Below, in pieces: positions 12,406-25,630 of a stretch of 64,000 bases of DNA; the stretch's first letter is position 1; each line of letters starts with the position of its first letter. Under the pieces are notes generated by a model that was given only the letters and a program-made list of their open reading frames with translations, searched no databases and was not told where the DNA came from. The translations under genes were made by a program, and so were the position numbers. This DNA comes from Malacoraja senta (taxonomy: Eukaryota). The stretch covers positions 12,712,001-12,776,000 of the forward strand of contig CM075988.1 in NCBI GenBank assembly GCA_038087875.1, read 5' to 3'.

Positions 12406-13457
12406 ATCTTACAATTTCCACTAACCTTCTTCTATCGTGTCCATCTTCCATGTTTCAAATGTTGACATCGCTGTCATTGTCCGTCCTGAAAGGGACGCAA
12501 GCTTCTGGCGACAATCAGTGGGAGCCATCATTTGTTGCAATAGATGATGGTGGTACCAGAATTAGCTCAGGATACTTCCAGTTTCCAGCCCCGCGACGTG
12601 GACGTTTCTGCTATAGGGCCTCCACTGACCTAATATCATGTTTTATCTGCTCTGCTGATAAGAGCTAGCCTGTGATCCAAAATCACAAGATGCATCTACT
12701 TCAAGTGATCGACACCTACATAAAATGTTAAAGGTCTTGCATACCATCTTAATACGAACCCCATGCTTTAAAAATCAGAAGAAAGATAAATGCATTGAAA
12801 TGGTCTGAATCTTCCCTGAATCACCTTGAGCAACAGCAGAGAAGATATTTAATATTACAGAAAAGTTGTTTAAGTTCTTATCCTTTTGCAAAGTTTCTCA
12901 AATTATACAGGGAACAAATTAACACAATTTTCTCTTTTATTCCATCACCGGCATTTTATGTCAATTAACTTTCAGAAGGTTAGCAGCAATTTGCCTACTT
13001 AAAATTCCAGAACTAAATTAATTGAGTTGTTAACTCTTTTAACTTCATTCACACTGCAAGTCTTGACTGTCATTTTGGCCTCTGTGGGTTAATGTGCATG
13101 TTATTGCTTGGCCAAGATCCACCACAATAATCAACCGACCTTGTCAATTTCATTCTGTAATTCATGATTTGTAAGATCACATCACATGCGATACTTGTAA
13201 GTTTAACTCATTTTAGACTGCTTTAATTCAACATATTTTGTCAAAATCCAACAAAAAAATCTGCAAGAATTGAATTTGAATGTTTTAGATCTGGAAAAAA
13301 AAATAAAACAAAAACCACACTTAAAAGGTAATTAATGAATCATAAAGCAAAAAAATCTACTTCATCACAGTCAGTCTTGAGGTGTACAAAGTCAGGTAAT
13401 TCTCACATGTTACCATATGTCATAAAAAATAAGGCACTTTGACAAAATAAATATATA

Positions 13458-13693
13458 GTTTAATTTAGTTTAGTTTAGAGATACAGCGTGGAAACAGGCC
13501 CTTCAGCCCACCAAATCTGCACCGACCAGTGATCTCTGCGCACACTTGGGACAATTATTACACTATCCGACACACACTTGGGACAATTATTACATTTACT
13601 GTATACCAAGCCAATTAGCCTACAAGCCTGTACGTCTTTGGAGTGTGGGAGGAAACCGAAGATCACGGGGAAAATGTGCAAACTCCGGACAGA
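13458..13693 (-). mobile_element. HE1/V-SINE-type SINE lacking its head
   Basis: (ttagt)n tail and core; small internal tandem duplication cacacttgggacaattattaca x2. Confidence 0.9.
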
Positions 13694-13695
13694 AA

Positions 13696-13901
13696 ATCAA
13701 TCAATCAATCAGTTTTATTCATCACATGCCACATATAAATGCAGTGAAATGAATTTGCCAGCAGCGGTACAATCAAAAAAGGACACATAATACACAATAA
13801 AATATAACACAAACATCTACCACAGCATTCTTCACTGTGGTGGAAGGCACAAAGTACAGTCAGTCCTCCTCCATTGTTCACCTGTGGTCGGGACCATAAA
13901 C
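13696..13901 (-). mobile_element. 5'-truncated copy of the GC-rich non-autonomous retroposon family
   Basis: (aatc)n tail; near-identical to about 63345-63555, including the ccacagcattcttcactgtgg hairpin. Confidence 0.85.
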
Positions 13902-14754
13902 CATGATATTAGGTCAGTGGAGGCCCCATAGCAGGACCTGTAATTGCTGATAATTTCAATTAAAGTGTAATTTAGGACTCATGGTGAAAATTGATTTGAT
14001 TTTGTTTTTATCATTTTTATCTTTAAAATATCTGGAAGGAATATAATTGAATTCCTTAATTCCTAATGCTTTTTCTCATTGACACTGTAATGCTTCAGAT
14101 TCGCTACCTTTCCATTCTATATTGTGGTATGAGTTCTGTGGTCACAGCTATAAGATGTGGCAGGAAATGCATGTTGACACTGTTGCTCAGTACATCTTAG
14201 TTTCTGGGGTGTGCAGAGATTAAATAAGCTTTATACGCACAAGCACTCAGTTCGATGGTAATATTAGTTATCATTCAGCACTAACATATTACTTTACACA
14301 AACAGTCCTTCAGTAAATGTTGTGGGTGAAATACAATGAAAAGTAAAATGGCCTCTATGTTTAAATGTATATGGAGTAGATGGCTTGCAAGGGTGAAGGG
14401 AATGGAATCTGCCACTCATCATTCTTGTAGCTGACAGTAGCTTTATTTGTTAAAAGTAAATAACTGTGTATGGTCACAATATTATATTTCAGAGAAAATG
14501 AGCTAATGTAGAGACCACAGATCTCTCTCTGCAAAGTGCTTCTGGATAATATAAAAACCTGTTCTTTAAACACATTTGCTATTAATACAAAAGGGTAAAT
14601 TGATTTTGTGAGTAAGTAGCAATAGTGTTCCTGCTACTTATTCCTTTCTCTGGCATTTTTCATTCAGAAGAGTATTCCAAGTGAAGTCAATCTCGCTGCA
14701 TGAAGTAAACAAACATAGCTTTTAAAAAAATAATTGGTTAAAGTCTAGGTCTAT

Positions 14755-14960
14755 CATAAGATCATAAGTCCTTGGGCACAATTAGGATATTCTTCCCATT
14801 GAGTCTGCTCCATCATGGCTGATCACATTTTTCCATTTTTCCCATTCTCCTGACTTCTCCCCATAACTGTTGATGCCCTTACTATTCCAGAACCTATCAA
14901 ACTCCGCTTTAAAAATATCCAATGACGGCCTCCACAGCCACCTGTGGCAATGAATTCCAG
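14755..14960 (-). mobile_element. CR1-type LINE 3' end
   Basis: cataagatcataag tail...catggctgatc...ccacagccacctgtggcaatgaattcca. Confidence 0.8.
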
Positions 14961-15136
14961 CTCCTGTACATAAAATTTCAAGATTTTTTTTTCAGACAGT
15001 TTTTCTGCAACAAATTGATATCTTTATGAATTAGGAGCTGAAGCCTTAAATATTGTTGCTCAGTTCAGCTTAATGGTTATATTTGCAAAATGATAAATAT
15101 GTAAAGTTATCTCTATCGAGATAAGTGACCCTTTAA

Positions 15137-15424
15137 GTTTAGTTTAGTTTTGAGATACAGCATGGAAACAGGCCCTTCGGCCCACCGAGTCCACAGCAAC
15201 CAACGATCATCCGTACACTAGTTCTATCCTACACACTGGGGACAATTTACAGAAGGCAATTATTACAACCTGCACGTCTTTGGAATTTGGGTGGAAACCA
15301 GAGCACCCGGAGAAAACCCATGTGAACATACAAACTCCGTACAGACAACACCCATAGTCAGGATCAAACCCAGGTCTCTGGTGCTGTAAGGCAGCAACTC
15401 AAGCGCTGCACCACCGTGCTGCCC
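15137..15424 (-). mobile_element. HE1/V-SINE-type SINE, full length
   Basis: Tail, core and tRNA-like head (gctgcaccaccgtgctgccc). Confidence 0.92.
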
Positions 15425-15582
15425 CTGCTTAGGCGCCCATCCAGTGACAATCTTTTTGTAAGTTTAAAGTTTGCTGTATTTTCTTTATTGCGCAGAAAAC
15501 CATAGCTGGCAAAACAAGTCAAAACTTACCTCATCATATTTACATTGTTTTTTTTTACTGATTTCAATGAATTCTATCATTT

Positions 15583-15712
15583 TCTGGTGAAGGATCCATG
15601 ACTGAAACGTTAATTCTGTTTCTCGTCCCGCAGATGCTGCCTGACTTATTTAGTGTTTCCAGATTTTCAGTTTTTATTTCAGATCTACAATGTGCAGATT
15701 TGTTTTTGATTT
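15583..15712 (+). mobile_element. Old PLE pLTR fragment
   Basis: tgaaggatccatgactgaaacgttaattctgtttctc...cagatgctgcctgac. Confidence 0.65.
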
Positions 15713-16544
15713 CCACTTTATAAGACTCAAATAGTTTTTAAAAAACTGGTGAATGGTCCTTGGAGACCAAGGTTCTTCCCCTCCAAAAGCATCAAAAGAA
15801 AATTGGTCTTCAACCTTGATTTAACTCTCAACATTTGGCAGTACTTATCCTTATTTCACCCTTCATACAGTAAAAAAAAAGTTGAAAAGTATAATGTTGA
15901 ATTAATCAACATACTCTGTGATTTTATTTCCCCGATGTCTGGTAAATGTACTTTGGAATTGGTATTTCTAGATTACATTCATCCTACTGCAGTTTACAGA
16001 TGTGCATTGAGAATGAGCATAAACCTTGGATTTGATTTCAAAGGGTATGAACAGATAAGATTTATTGACCAGCCTTGGGTCTATTACTTTGATAAGCAGT
16101 CTGTCATTGTGCAATGATATATTTAGCTCAAATCCTGTTGAAAATATGCAGCAGGTTATTTCCCACTAAATTATTTATCATACCATCTACAATTTATCTG
16201 TTATCATTATTTAAAGTGTACAGAGTACCATTCACCCTGCCAATAACGTCACAAGTAGGATCGCAATTAAGATACTCTGTCAATAAATTTCCTGGCCATG
16301 CATAAATATTAGTGTCAACGTTCTGCGTTACTTCTCAGATCTGTTGGAAAAAAATGCCATTTGAATTGAAGTTATTCAAATTTGAGTCTATTGTGTGTCT
16401 GCATTGAATATTCTCATTTTCATTGTTCGCAACTATGCATCGAAGGGGCTGCTACAACAATTTACATGGCTACATAAAGCATGGTGTGTGTCGTTGATGT
16501 GACTGTGAACAGGGTCCACAGAGACTGGAGTTGTAAACACATAG

Positions 16545-16746
16545 AAGATAGACACAAAAATCTGGAGTAACTCATTGAGTCAGTCAGCATCTCTGGAGAA
16601 GAGTAATAGGTGACCTTTAGGATCGGGACCTTTCTTCAGTCTCGAAGTCTTCTTTTCTCCAGAGATGCTGTCTGAACTATTGAGTTACTCTAGCTTTTGG
16701 TTCTATCTTCAGTTTAAACCAGCATCTGCAGTTCCTTCCTACACAT
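16545..16746. mobile_element. Fold-back PLE pLTR element
   Basis: Inverted arms; flanked by ttgtaaacaca (16531) and ttgtaaataca (16748). Confidence 0.85.
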
Positions 16747-17051
16747 TTTGTAAATACAATACAGTATTTATTCAGCAAGACCAGCAGAAATTCTGGAAGA
16801 ATCTCACAGCTCAAAATACATTTAGAAGCACGACGATAAAAACAGTTTCAATAGTTATAATTGTAGTTAACTTCAATATTTTGGGTGTAGACACAAAAAA
16901 CTTTCAGAATTATACATCTACAATGGAAATGTATGTTAACTGATAAGACATTGTTGAATATTTCATCGCGCTGTAGATTGAGTGAAGACCTGAACACAAA
17001 AACACTGACTCTCAAAATATTGTTCTTCTGTGATGCTGTTGAAAGTTAAAT

Positions 17052-17350
17052 GTTTTAGTTTAGTGTGGAGATACAGCATGGGGACTGGCCCACCAAGCCC
17101 ATGCCGACCATCAATCACCCTATCACAATAGTTCTATGTTATCCCACTTTCTCATCCACCCTGTACACATTAGAGGCAATTTTACCAAGGCCAATTAAGC
17201 TGGAAACCGGCACGCCTTTGGGATGTGGTTGGAAATTGGAGCTCCATGAGGAAACACATGCGGTCACAGAGAGAACGTGCAAACAGCAAGCGGACAGCAC
17301 CCGAGGTCAGGAGCAAACCCAGGTCTCTGGCGCTGTGAGGCAGTATATTT
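17052..17350 (-). mobile_element. HE1/V-SINE-type SINE
   Basis: Tail, core and head motifs as in the other copies. Confidence 0.85.
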
Positions 17351-18438
17351 ACCACTAGTAGCAATGTACCAGAGAGATGGCCCCCTGGATATACATACAC
17401 CCCGAAAATTAATTGACAGAACAAATATTTGCTACCACGGTGCTAAACTAAACTCTGCATTAAGTGGTAAGAATATATCTTTAAGTACAGTATGTGTTAA
17501 GTGGCCGGTTGACCTCTGAATAATTTCCCTAATGCCAGGGATCTTGGTGTGGGCCAAATAACATGAACCTTCACTTTGATTTCCAGGTGTAATTTTCAAT
17601 TGTGCAAAACCAGAACGTCCCTTGCCCAATGGAATATTCTTGTTTATGCTTAATTGTCTTAAATATGGATAGTTGGTACGTTATGAACAATGTATTTTTC
17701 GTAAATTCATTCTGGCTTGTATTCATGGCTTCTCCCCCTGATTAAAATTGATATTTAATCTCTTGCACAGTTATACAATAATAGTAATAATTTTGAACCT
17801 ACAATATTAGTTATTCCTGTTTTAAGCGTAATTGAGTGAATTTTGGTGGTAATTTTCACATTATCGCGTGAGACGTGAATTGGAAATTTTACATCGAATT
17901 CAAGAATGTATTGATGCTGCAAATTGCTGGAAATATTAATTGATCTTAGGACTGCGAGTTCAATATTGTATTTGGGATTTTCGGAGCATTTTATCTGATC
18001 GTCTATCTTAAACACTGAAACATAAAAGAGGGAAACAAATGACTGAGAGGAAATATGGTAAATGAGATAGAAATTGGATAAAAGAAAATCAAGAGTTGGT
18101 TTACAATTCAAGGAAAATGGCAGGGAAAGAGAGAAGAAGAGATTCTGGAGTCACAAGGAACTGCAGATGCAGGAATCTTGCTTAGAGGAGATTCTAACCT
18201 AGCTGAGAGAACTTGCAGAAAGGATTTACTGGAATAGCATTAAGGATGAGGGATTTCAGCCGTAAGGTTTGGTGGCAGAAGCTGGGTTCTCTCTTGAACA
18301 CAAAATATTAAATCTTTACTCAGATTTTTACAGATTTACAAAGGGGGTGTGGGAGAAAAATATTACATGTTGGTTATGGCATAAAGTTCACAGCTTTTAA
18401 GGATGGTGGAAACAGAATCGATCAGTGCCTTCAAAAGA

Positions 18439-18604
18439 TTAGGAACTGCATATGCTGGTTTACACCAAAGATAGAGGATAGACACAAAATGTTGGAGTAA
18501 TTCAGCACGGGTGACATTTCGGGCCTGAGGAAGGGTCTCGACCGGAAACGTCAGCTTCTATCCTGAGATGCTGCCTGCCCCGAGTTACTCAAGCATTTTG
18601 TGTC
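18439..18604. mobile_element. Fold-back PLE pLTR element inserted in an old CR1 (about 18220-18690)
   Basis: Perfect 13-bp TSD tgccttcaaaaga at 18426-18438 and 18605-18617; ctgaggaagggtctcgaccggaaacgtc core. Confidence 0.88.
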
Positions 18605-18888
18605 TGCCTTCAAAAGAGAATTGATACGTTTGAGATTGCTCTGATAGAAGCTTAGGTGGCCTCAATGTCCCAGAAAATTTCATGATTCTGTATCCACAAT
18701 TGGGAATTACAAATTGATCATTGACAATTTATAACAGGCATTGTTAATGAGTGAGAAGTGTCAAAGTTCTTGAGCCTCATCTTGGGCTATTAGCCTGATA
18801 TTCTTCATTCAGCACAATACAATCATCATGATAAGGGATACCAAAGCTGTTTTCAAAGGAACAAATAAATTTAAAAAATCAAGATTTT

Positions 18889-19310
18889 GGCTGTAACCTG
18901 CCCTCCATTGATGAACTGTACACTGCAAGGGCCAGGAAGCGAGCGGTCAAGATCATCTCTGACCCCTCTCACCCTGGCCACAAACTCTTTGAATCACTTC
19001 CCTCTGGAAGGCGACTCCGGACTGTCAAAGCTGCCACAGCCAGACATAAAAACAGTTTTTATCCACGAGTAGTTGCTCTACTCAACAGCCAAAAATCTGT
19101 AGCCCCCCTTTGATCTGGTATTTTGTTGGTTCACATGCTTGATCAATGGTGTTTTATCATTAATGTTTTATTATTATTAATGTTTAGTGTTTTCTGAGTC
19201 ATTCGTAACTGTCACTGTATGTCATGTTGTTACTTGTGGGCAGAGCACCAAGGCAAATTCCTTGTATGTGAATACTTGGCCAATAAACTTACTTACTTAC
19301 TTACTTACTT
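18889..19310 (+). mobile_element. Young Rex1/Babar-like LINE 3' fragment
   Basis: Open frame 18889-19113 GCNLPSIDELYTARARKRAVKIISDPSHPGHKLFESLPSGRRLRTVKAATARHKNSFYPRVVALLN; 3' UTR, aataaa, (actt)n tail. Confidence 0.88.
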
Positions 19311-20059
19311 CAGATTCTAGTGGTCTCACTCTACAATCTTGTCGGGTGTATGGAATACCAATGATGGAATTATTTGACTGACCATTGTTTTGTAATCAAA
19401 CCATTACTAAGTATTAGGTGAAACACAAAGCATTTATTAAAATCTATGCAGAGAGAATAATACATACTGCTGCACTCGTCGCATCATCTTACAGACTGCC
19501 GAGCTCAGGGACAAGCAGGTTGTTATCAGTAACTGCATTCCTTACTCAAATCCCGGACTGGATTACATGGTGGAATATGTATCATGCATAATATATGTGG
19601 TGAACGTTATATTGACAGAGATTAATATGGTTGATCTACAACCATCAAGGGGTTTGACAAGGGAGATGGAGATTTCATTGACTTAGAGGATCAACCATGA
19701 ATGGATAGAAATGGCCAGATTGGCTAGAAGGGTCAAATGGCCATGCGCATGATTCATAGTAATCAGTCTCTAATATTAGTCTGTAACAGATACTGACATG
19801 CGGTGATAAAGAATTGCTGCACTTGCATTCATGTCACAAATTATTCTTATGATATATCCCAATGTGCTTGGACAGTAAGACTTCTACAGAAATACCACAA
19901 GGCAGATTAAAAACACATTAAACCATGTTGGAATGATTCCACAATGTCATTGTTCCTTATATGTAGCTCCAAGGTTAAGTGGCTTGTCAAGACCATTAAT
20001 GTCCTCATTAGCAGTGTCCTACTGATACCAGTAACCAGCTTTAAATGGCTGAAAGGAAA

Positions 20060-20420
20060 TTCAGTCAAGAGGCAAGTGTTTAATTGTCATATTTACCAAC
20101 AATGGAACAATAACTTTTTTACTTGCTGTAACCTGACAGGCCTGAAAATCCATTAACACTCAGGTAATATAGGATAATCAAAAATACAATAATTTAATAA
20201 ATACAATTATTGGTAACCATAACAGAGCAGAAACTGAAGACTTGAGGAGATCTTTGTTGCTGAGGTTAGTGCTCTGCAGTGTTCAAGAGCTGAATGATTG
20301 TTGAGAAGAAGCTGTTCTGAAATCAGGTGGTCATGGTTTTCAGGCCCCTGTACCACCTCCAGTAGCGAAATTAAAGCATAGCCACGCAGGTATGGGACTT
20401 CAATGATATTGGTTGCCTCC
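20060..20420 (-). mobile_element. Old Rex1/Babar-like LINE 3' remnant
   Basis: tttaattgtcata tail; gttcaagagctgaatgattgttgagaagaagctgttc motif shared with 52370-52410. Confidence 0.65.
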
Positions 20421-20459
20421 TATAGATCACTTCTGTGGCAGGAAGGTCAGTATAAACAC

Positions 20460-20655
20460 TGCCAACACACCAGGGACGATTTACAAAGGCCAATTAACCT
20501 ACAAACCCCAAGTCTTTTGAATGTGAGAGGAAAACAGAGCACACAGAGGAAACAAATGCGCTCACAGGGAGAAAGTGAAAACTCTACTCATACGGTACCC
20601 GAGTTCAGGATCAAACCTGGGTCTCAGGCACTGTGAGGCAGCAGCTCTGCCCCCT
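20460..20655 (-). mobile_element. V-SINE-type SINE fragment
   Basis: ggccaattaacctacaaacc...caggatcaaacctgggtctcaggcactgtgaggcagc. Confidence 0.8.
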
Positions 20656-21948
20656 ATGCTCCAGAACAATGGAGATTAGAAAGTAGATGGTTTGAAGGAG
20701 CATCATTGCTGAAGGTTATTGGAGGTTATCAGATGATAAAAGCAAGTTATTCACTCACCTGGCAGATATCCTTGTCCAGCCCCATACTGAGAAGAACAGG
20801 TTGTCACTGGAATGTCCAGCAATGTGTATTAACCAGGGTTGCCCAGAAAGGTGCAGTGCACAGATAATGACACCTGCCCCTGATGTTGAATTGGCTCCAA
20901 AATAATTCAGTTTTCAGTTGCATAAAACTGGGAAATTTTACAGCACTTTGCAATTGAATTTTTCACCCACGTTTCATTACAATCAACTATAATGTCCACA
21001 AAACTGTTACAAAACTGATTACACAAAAAGAAAAAAAAACATAATTGCCAAACTATGCTTCAAAGTCATTTAATATAGAATTAAAGTTCAGTGATTGGAT
21101 TTTGAAGTGTTCAAAACCGTCTTGATCCAAGACGAATATAGCACTTATGTTGAGTCTTCATAGTTGGTCATGCAAGAAAAGATATAATTGACTGAAGCTG
21201 CCTAAAGAATGCCACAAGAATTCTACAAATAAACCTCACTCAAAATTTAATAAAAAGGACTGAATCCATATTATTGTCAATATTGAAAAATAGAGGATAA
21301 AGCTACCTTTGAGGATACTGCTTTATAACCATTATGTTCAAGTCTGAATCTATTTAAGATTATCACAAAAGCACAAAGATGATTTTTGTCTCGAATATTG
21401 TTTTGACATTTTTTATGAATGTCGCAAAGCACGTCTGAATCCTTAGTGATTCAACAATAACAGAATATTGTTATTAAATGTTTACCATTTTAAGATAACT
21501 CGACTTCAAAGAAACTTCTCAGTTCATAGCCAATTGCTCTAACGTTTTGCTTGTGTTCAGAAGGTAATGAATTGGAGCTAAATAGTTGCTTGATTTGATT
21601 GCTAATTAAATCAGCAAGTGGAATGAACATTAATCATGAAATATAGTTTATTTCCACTGAAGTGGAATATCGGAAAAACGAGTTGCATTAAATTATGTGA
21701 GGTAATTTAATGGAAAGTTTAGATTATTCATCTTGTCCCCCCCCCCCCCCCCCATTTTTCTTTTCAAAATGCAAGATAGATTATGTCATAGAATTCAACT
21801 ATAAAATGCTTTATTCCCATATCTTTGTTTAAAATGCCATTTTTAAAATTATAACATGCTTCTTTGTGTAGAAGATAACCTGTTCAAATGAGTTGCTGTG
21901 GCCTTCAGTACAAAATAAACACACAAAAATATTGTTATAATCGTAATA

Positions 21949-22460
21949 AGACCAAGTGCGGACCCGATGGGCCCGCTCCCCCAACGCAATATTCCACCAA
22001 ACTGCGCATGCGCGGCTGCCGTGTTCAAAGTTGTGCCGTTGATGGCTGAAATTAAGTTAAAGTTAATAAAGTGAATAGAGGACCCGTGGAGGCATTTGTA
22101 AAGTAGAAGGAAACTTACCCATGGAGCCGTTGGGTCCCCATTGTGACGCCAGGTAAGTACACACAAAAATAAAAAAACATGGCGATTTTTGTAACATTAA
22201 ATTTGGGATCCCATTGTGACGTCATTGTGATGTTGAACGTGGCTGATGTGCAGGGAAAGTGGAAAAGTGGTTTAAAAAGTGATTTTTGTCAAGTGTAAAA
22301 TGTCAATAACTTGTAAAATATACCATCAATCTGAACGAAACTTGTTTCATTTACATCACAGGACAATGGTGAGTAAGGTGAGCCAAACCCGGGGTTTCGG
22401 GATCCCATGCACATGCACGCATACAAACAAACAAACAAGATGAGAGTTTTAGTAATATAC
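21949..22460 (-). mobile_element. Non-autonomous Helitron-like element, unit 1
   Basis: Terminal hairpin gcggaccc-gat-gggcccgc next to agaccaagt; (acaa)n microsatellite and AT-rich far end; first about 50 nt repeated at 22466. Confidence 0.6.
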
Positions 22461-22463
22461 TTA

Positions 22464-22845
22464 CTAGACCAAGTGCGGACCTGTTGGGTCCCATTTCCCC
22501 AACACAATATTCCACCACTCACCCATAGCTCCCAACTGTGCAGGCGCGAATGATATTTTAAAAGTTTAAAATGGCAAAAACTCTCACTCTTCAGTCCCCT
22601 ATTCCCCTCCTCAATTATCCTTCCTCTCCCCACCCTCAACAAACCCTCCTCTGCTTCCTCCCCTCACCCCTCCCTCCCCTCCTCACTCTTCCCCCTCCCC
22701 TCTTCCATTACCTTGCCATCCCCCTTCCTACCCCCATCCTCCTCCATTACCGATCATCCCCCAGCACTCCCACCCCCTCCTCTTCTCCCTCCCTCTTCTT
22801 TCCCCTCTCCTCCTCCCCTCCCCCACTCCCTCCCTCACCTCACAG
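22464..22845 (-). mobile_element. Non-autonomous Helitron-like element, unit 2 (partial), with polypyrimidine tract 22580-22845
   Basis: Minus strand reads ggacc-caaca-ggtcc hairpin, gcacttggt, then CTAG|T, matching a canonical Helitron 3' end. Confidence 0.6.
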
Positions 22846-23196
22846 TAATAATAACATGATCATGTATGTTGTCGTAAAAACTACTATCAAAAGCAGCAGA
22901 AATTTAGTTAAGACCTGAAAAAATGACAGCCAAAAATTATTTCTGATGTTGATCAATGCATTCATTGTACATTTGAATATTTAATAAATTAATTATTTGA
23001 GATGTTTTTCCACACTGATGTTATTACCATCAGATCTAACTTGGACAAAGATCTTACGGAGGTAGATTTGGAGAAATATTGAACCAAGATATCTCATTCT
23101 GATATTTATTATTCTTGAGTACATTTTGGTGGCTAATTATTTAAAATAAAGTGTTTCCAGTCTTTTGATTTGTGGATCCAGTTTAGAGTCTGTGGC

Positions 23197-23285
23197 AGAC
23201 ACAAAATGCTGGAGTAACTCAGCTGGATAGGCAGCATCTCTGGAGAGAAGGAATGGGTGACATTTCGGTCAAGACTCTTCTTCAG
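23197..23285 (-). mobile_element. PLE pLTR half element
   Basis: Family motif ending exactly at tcttcttcag (reverse complement of the CUGAAGA box). Confidence 0.85.
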
Positions 23286-23869
23286 CATCAACGTGCTGCT
23301 GATGGAAGTGGAATTTAACCATGCCTTTTATTCAATCAGGTCCCAGTGAAATTTTGAGCTATTAAATGTGCTTTCCTTGTGACCTTATGTGTTGGCACCT
23401 GGCCTTGTTCATTTCTTTAAAGGTCTGAATGTGTTCTGTCCTAAATGTTTTCTGCACGTTCTCCCTAAATGTTTTCTGCATGTCTGAAAATTCCCTGTGA
23501 CTGCTGCTTATACCTTTCCGCTCTCAGTTCAGTTACGAAGCTATTGATGTAATCCTTACTAAGCTACAGTATATGACATGCTGGATAGTAGTTGCATATC
23601 ACTAACTGAAAGCAAATGTCTCCTTGTCCTCAAAATGCCCAGGACTATGCAACATGAGCAGTGGGTAGTCAATGTCAGACTGTTATTCTCATCCTCCTGT
23701 CTTCCACCAAAAAAAGAGTAATGGGTCTTCAGAGCTTCCTGTGCGACAAAGGTGAATTTTGAAAGCAAAATGATGAAGCATACATTTCAACAAGTGGGGG
23801 GAGGTTGGGGGGGAAGAACTGGAGGTGAGAAAAGTCATCGATCCAAACGCACTTCAAACATTTTTCCCA

Positions 23870-24155
23870 AGGCAGCAAGTCCAGAGGACATGGATTTAAT
23901 ATGAGAGAGAAATTTGAAGAATAATGGATACATTTTTCAAGCAGGGGGTAATGAATCTGGAATGAGTTGCCGGAGGAGGTAGTGGAGGCAGTTGCAATTG
24001 CAATGTTTAAAGTGTGTTTGGATCGCTACTTGGATCGGAAAAGCACAGTGGGTCATGGGCCAAATACAGGTACCAAGGATTATAGGAATGAGCCATCATA
24101 GTCAGCAGAGATGCGGTGGATGTTTCCATCCTGCATGATTCCATGATTCTATGAT
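23870..24155 (+). mobile_element. CR1/HER1-like LINE 3' end
   Basis: tggaatgagttgccggaggaggtagtggaggcag...catgattccatgattctatga tail. Confidence 0.75.
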
Positions 24156-24629
24156 AAGATTTTGATAAACGTGCAAGCATTTTTTTTTGATCAGTTTGAT
24201 TGTGATCAGATCTCATGGTTATAACAAACAATGGATTTTCCAATTGCAACAAAAATGCTGAAAGTTCTCGTTATGTTAGATGGTATTTGTGTTGAGATTT
24301 AAAAGAAAAGAATTGCCTTAATTTTGTTTGGTTGTCCTAAAGTTCCAATTAGTTCTCTGATTCCTGCGGCAGACTTGGAAGTCCTGAATTCACTGATCAA
24401 GTTCTGCTGGCATTATCCAAGCTGTGTTCCACAGCTGGAGTCCAGTGACGAAGCAGGATTTCCCCAGCACTGGGGAATGTTCTCTCTAATCCTGCACTAG
24501 AATAGATCAACCAAGAATCGCCAAGGCCATAGGTCATAATTTCTAGACTCCTCTACCTTCATCCCGATGGCAGGAGTGAAATGAGAGCATGCCCAGGGTG
24601 GTGAGGGTCCTTGATGATGCCACCTTTGT

Positions 24630-24870
24630 TTTAATTATTGGTTTTAATTTTGCGTGAATAATTATATAAGTGATTACGTTTTATTTTTCTTAAATTGCAA
24701 TTTATGTATTTTGATATGTTTAATAATTTTAACTTAATTTTAATTTAATTTATTACATTCAGTTAAATAGTTAATTAATTGAATTACTTAATGTGCAATT
24801 ATTATATATAATTTCATTTCAAAATATTAAATAATTGTAATATTTTATTATGTTTGAGAATGGATGTTAA
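24630..24870. repeat. AT-rich low-complexity tract
   Basis: Nearly all A/T (ttaattttaatttaatttatt...). Confidence 0.8.
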
Positions 24871-25264
24871 TTATCAGGAAAAACCAAGAGGGAAGGATTT
24901 TGTCATCTCTCACCAAAATGGTTTGTGGTGAGGATTACCCTGATCCATATGCGCCAAACCATTACATCGCTAGAGGCCTCATGTCACTCAGAAGATTGTT
25001 CAATGACTCCAAAATTCCGACGCCAGCCAGATTGGACAGTTAAATCTGTGGAAGTTGAGGGAATTGTGGAATGTAGGGTACAGGTTAGGAAGGTAGGTCT
25101 CAGTCCATGTTTTGGGTCAATTACTTTTCATCAGACCGGATGACATTGGGGATTAACATATTTTTAAATAAACGCAGAGCCAGGGAAAGGGCATAAAATA
25201 AAAAACAAAACCAATGTGTATGTCTCCAAAGGGGCAGAGTGATAGAATGCTCGAAGGAAAGATG

Positions 25265-25630
25265 ATAAGTTCATAATTTATAGGAGTATAATTAGGTCAT
25301 TCGGCCCATTAAGCCTTCTCCGCCATTCCATCATGGCTGATCTATCTCTCCCTCTCAACCTCATTTTCCTGCCATCTCCCCATTACCCCTGACATCTTTA
25401 CTAATCAAGAATCTGTCTATCTCTGCCGTAAAAATATTAATTGACTTGGCTTCCACAGCCTGCTGTGGCAATGAATTCCACAGATTCATTACCCTCTGAC
25501 TCAAGAAATTCCTCCGCATCTCCTTTCCAGAGGTTTTATTCTTTTATTCTGAAGCTATGGCCTCTGGCCCTGGACTCTGCCACTAGTGGAAATACCCTCT
25601 CCACATCCACTCTATCCTGGCCTTTCACGG
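25265..25630 (-). mobile_element. CR1-type LINE 3' end
   Basis: Translation VKGQDRVDVERVFPLVAESRARGHSFRIK plus 3' UTR. Confidence 0.9.

Noticed and set aside
12420..12490. Possible minus-strand exon (ccctttcag|...gaagaag|gttagt)
   Set aside because: Weak donor and no recognisable peptide.
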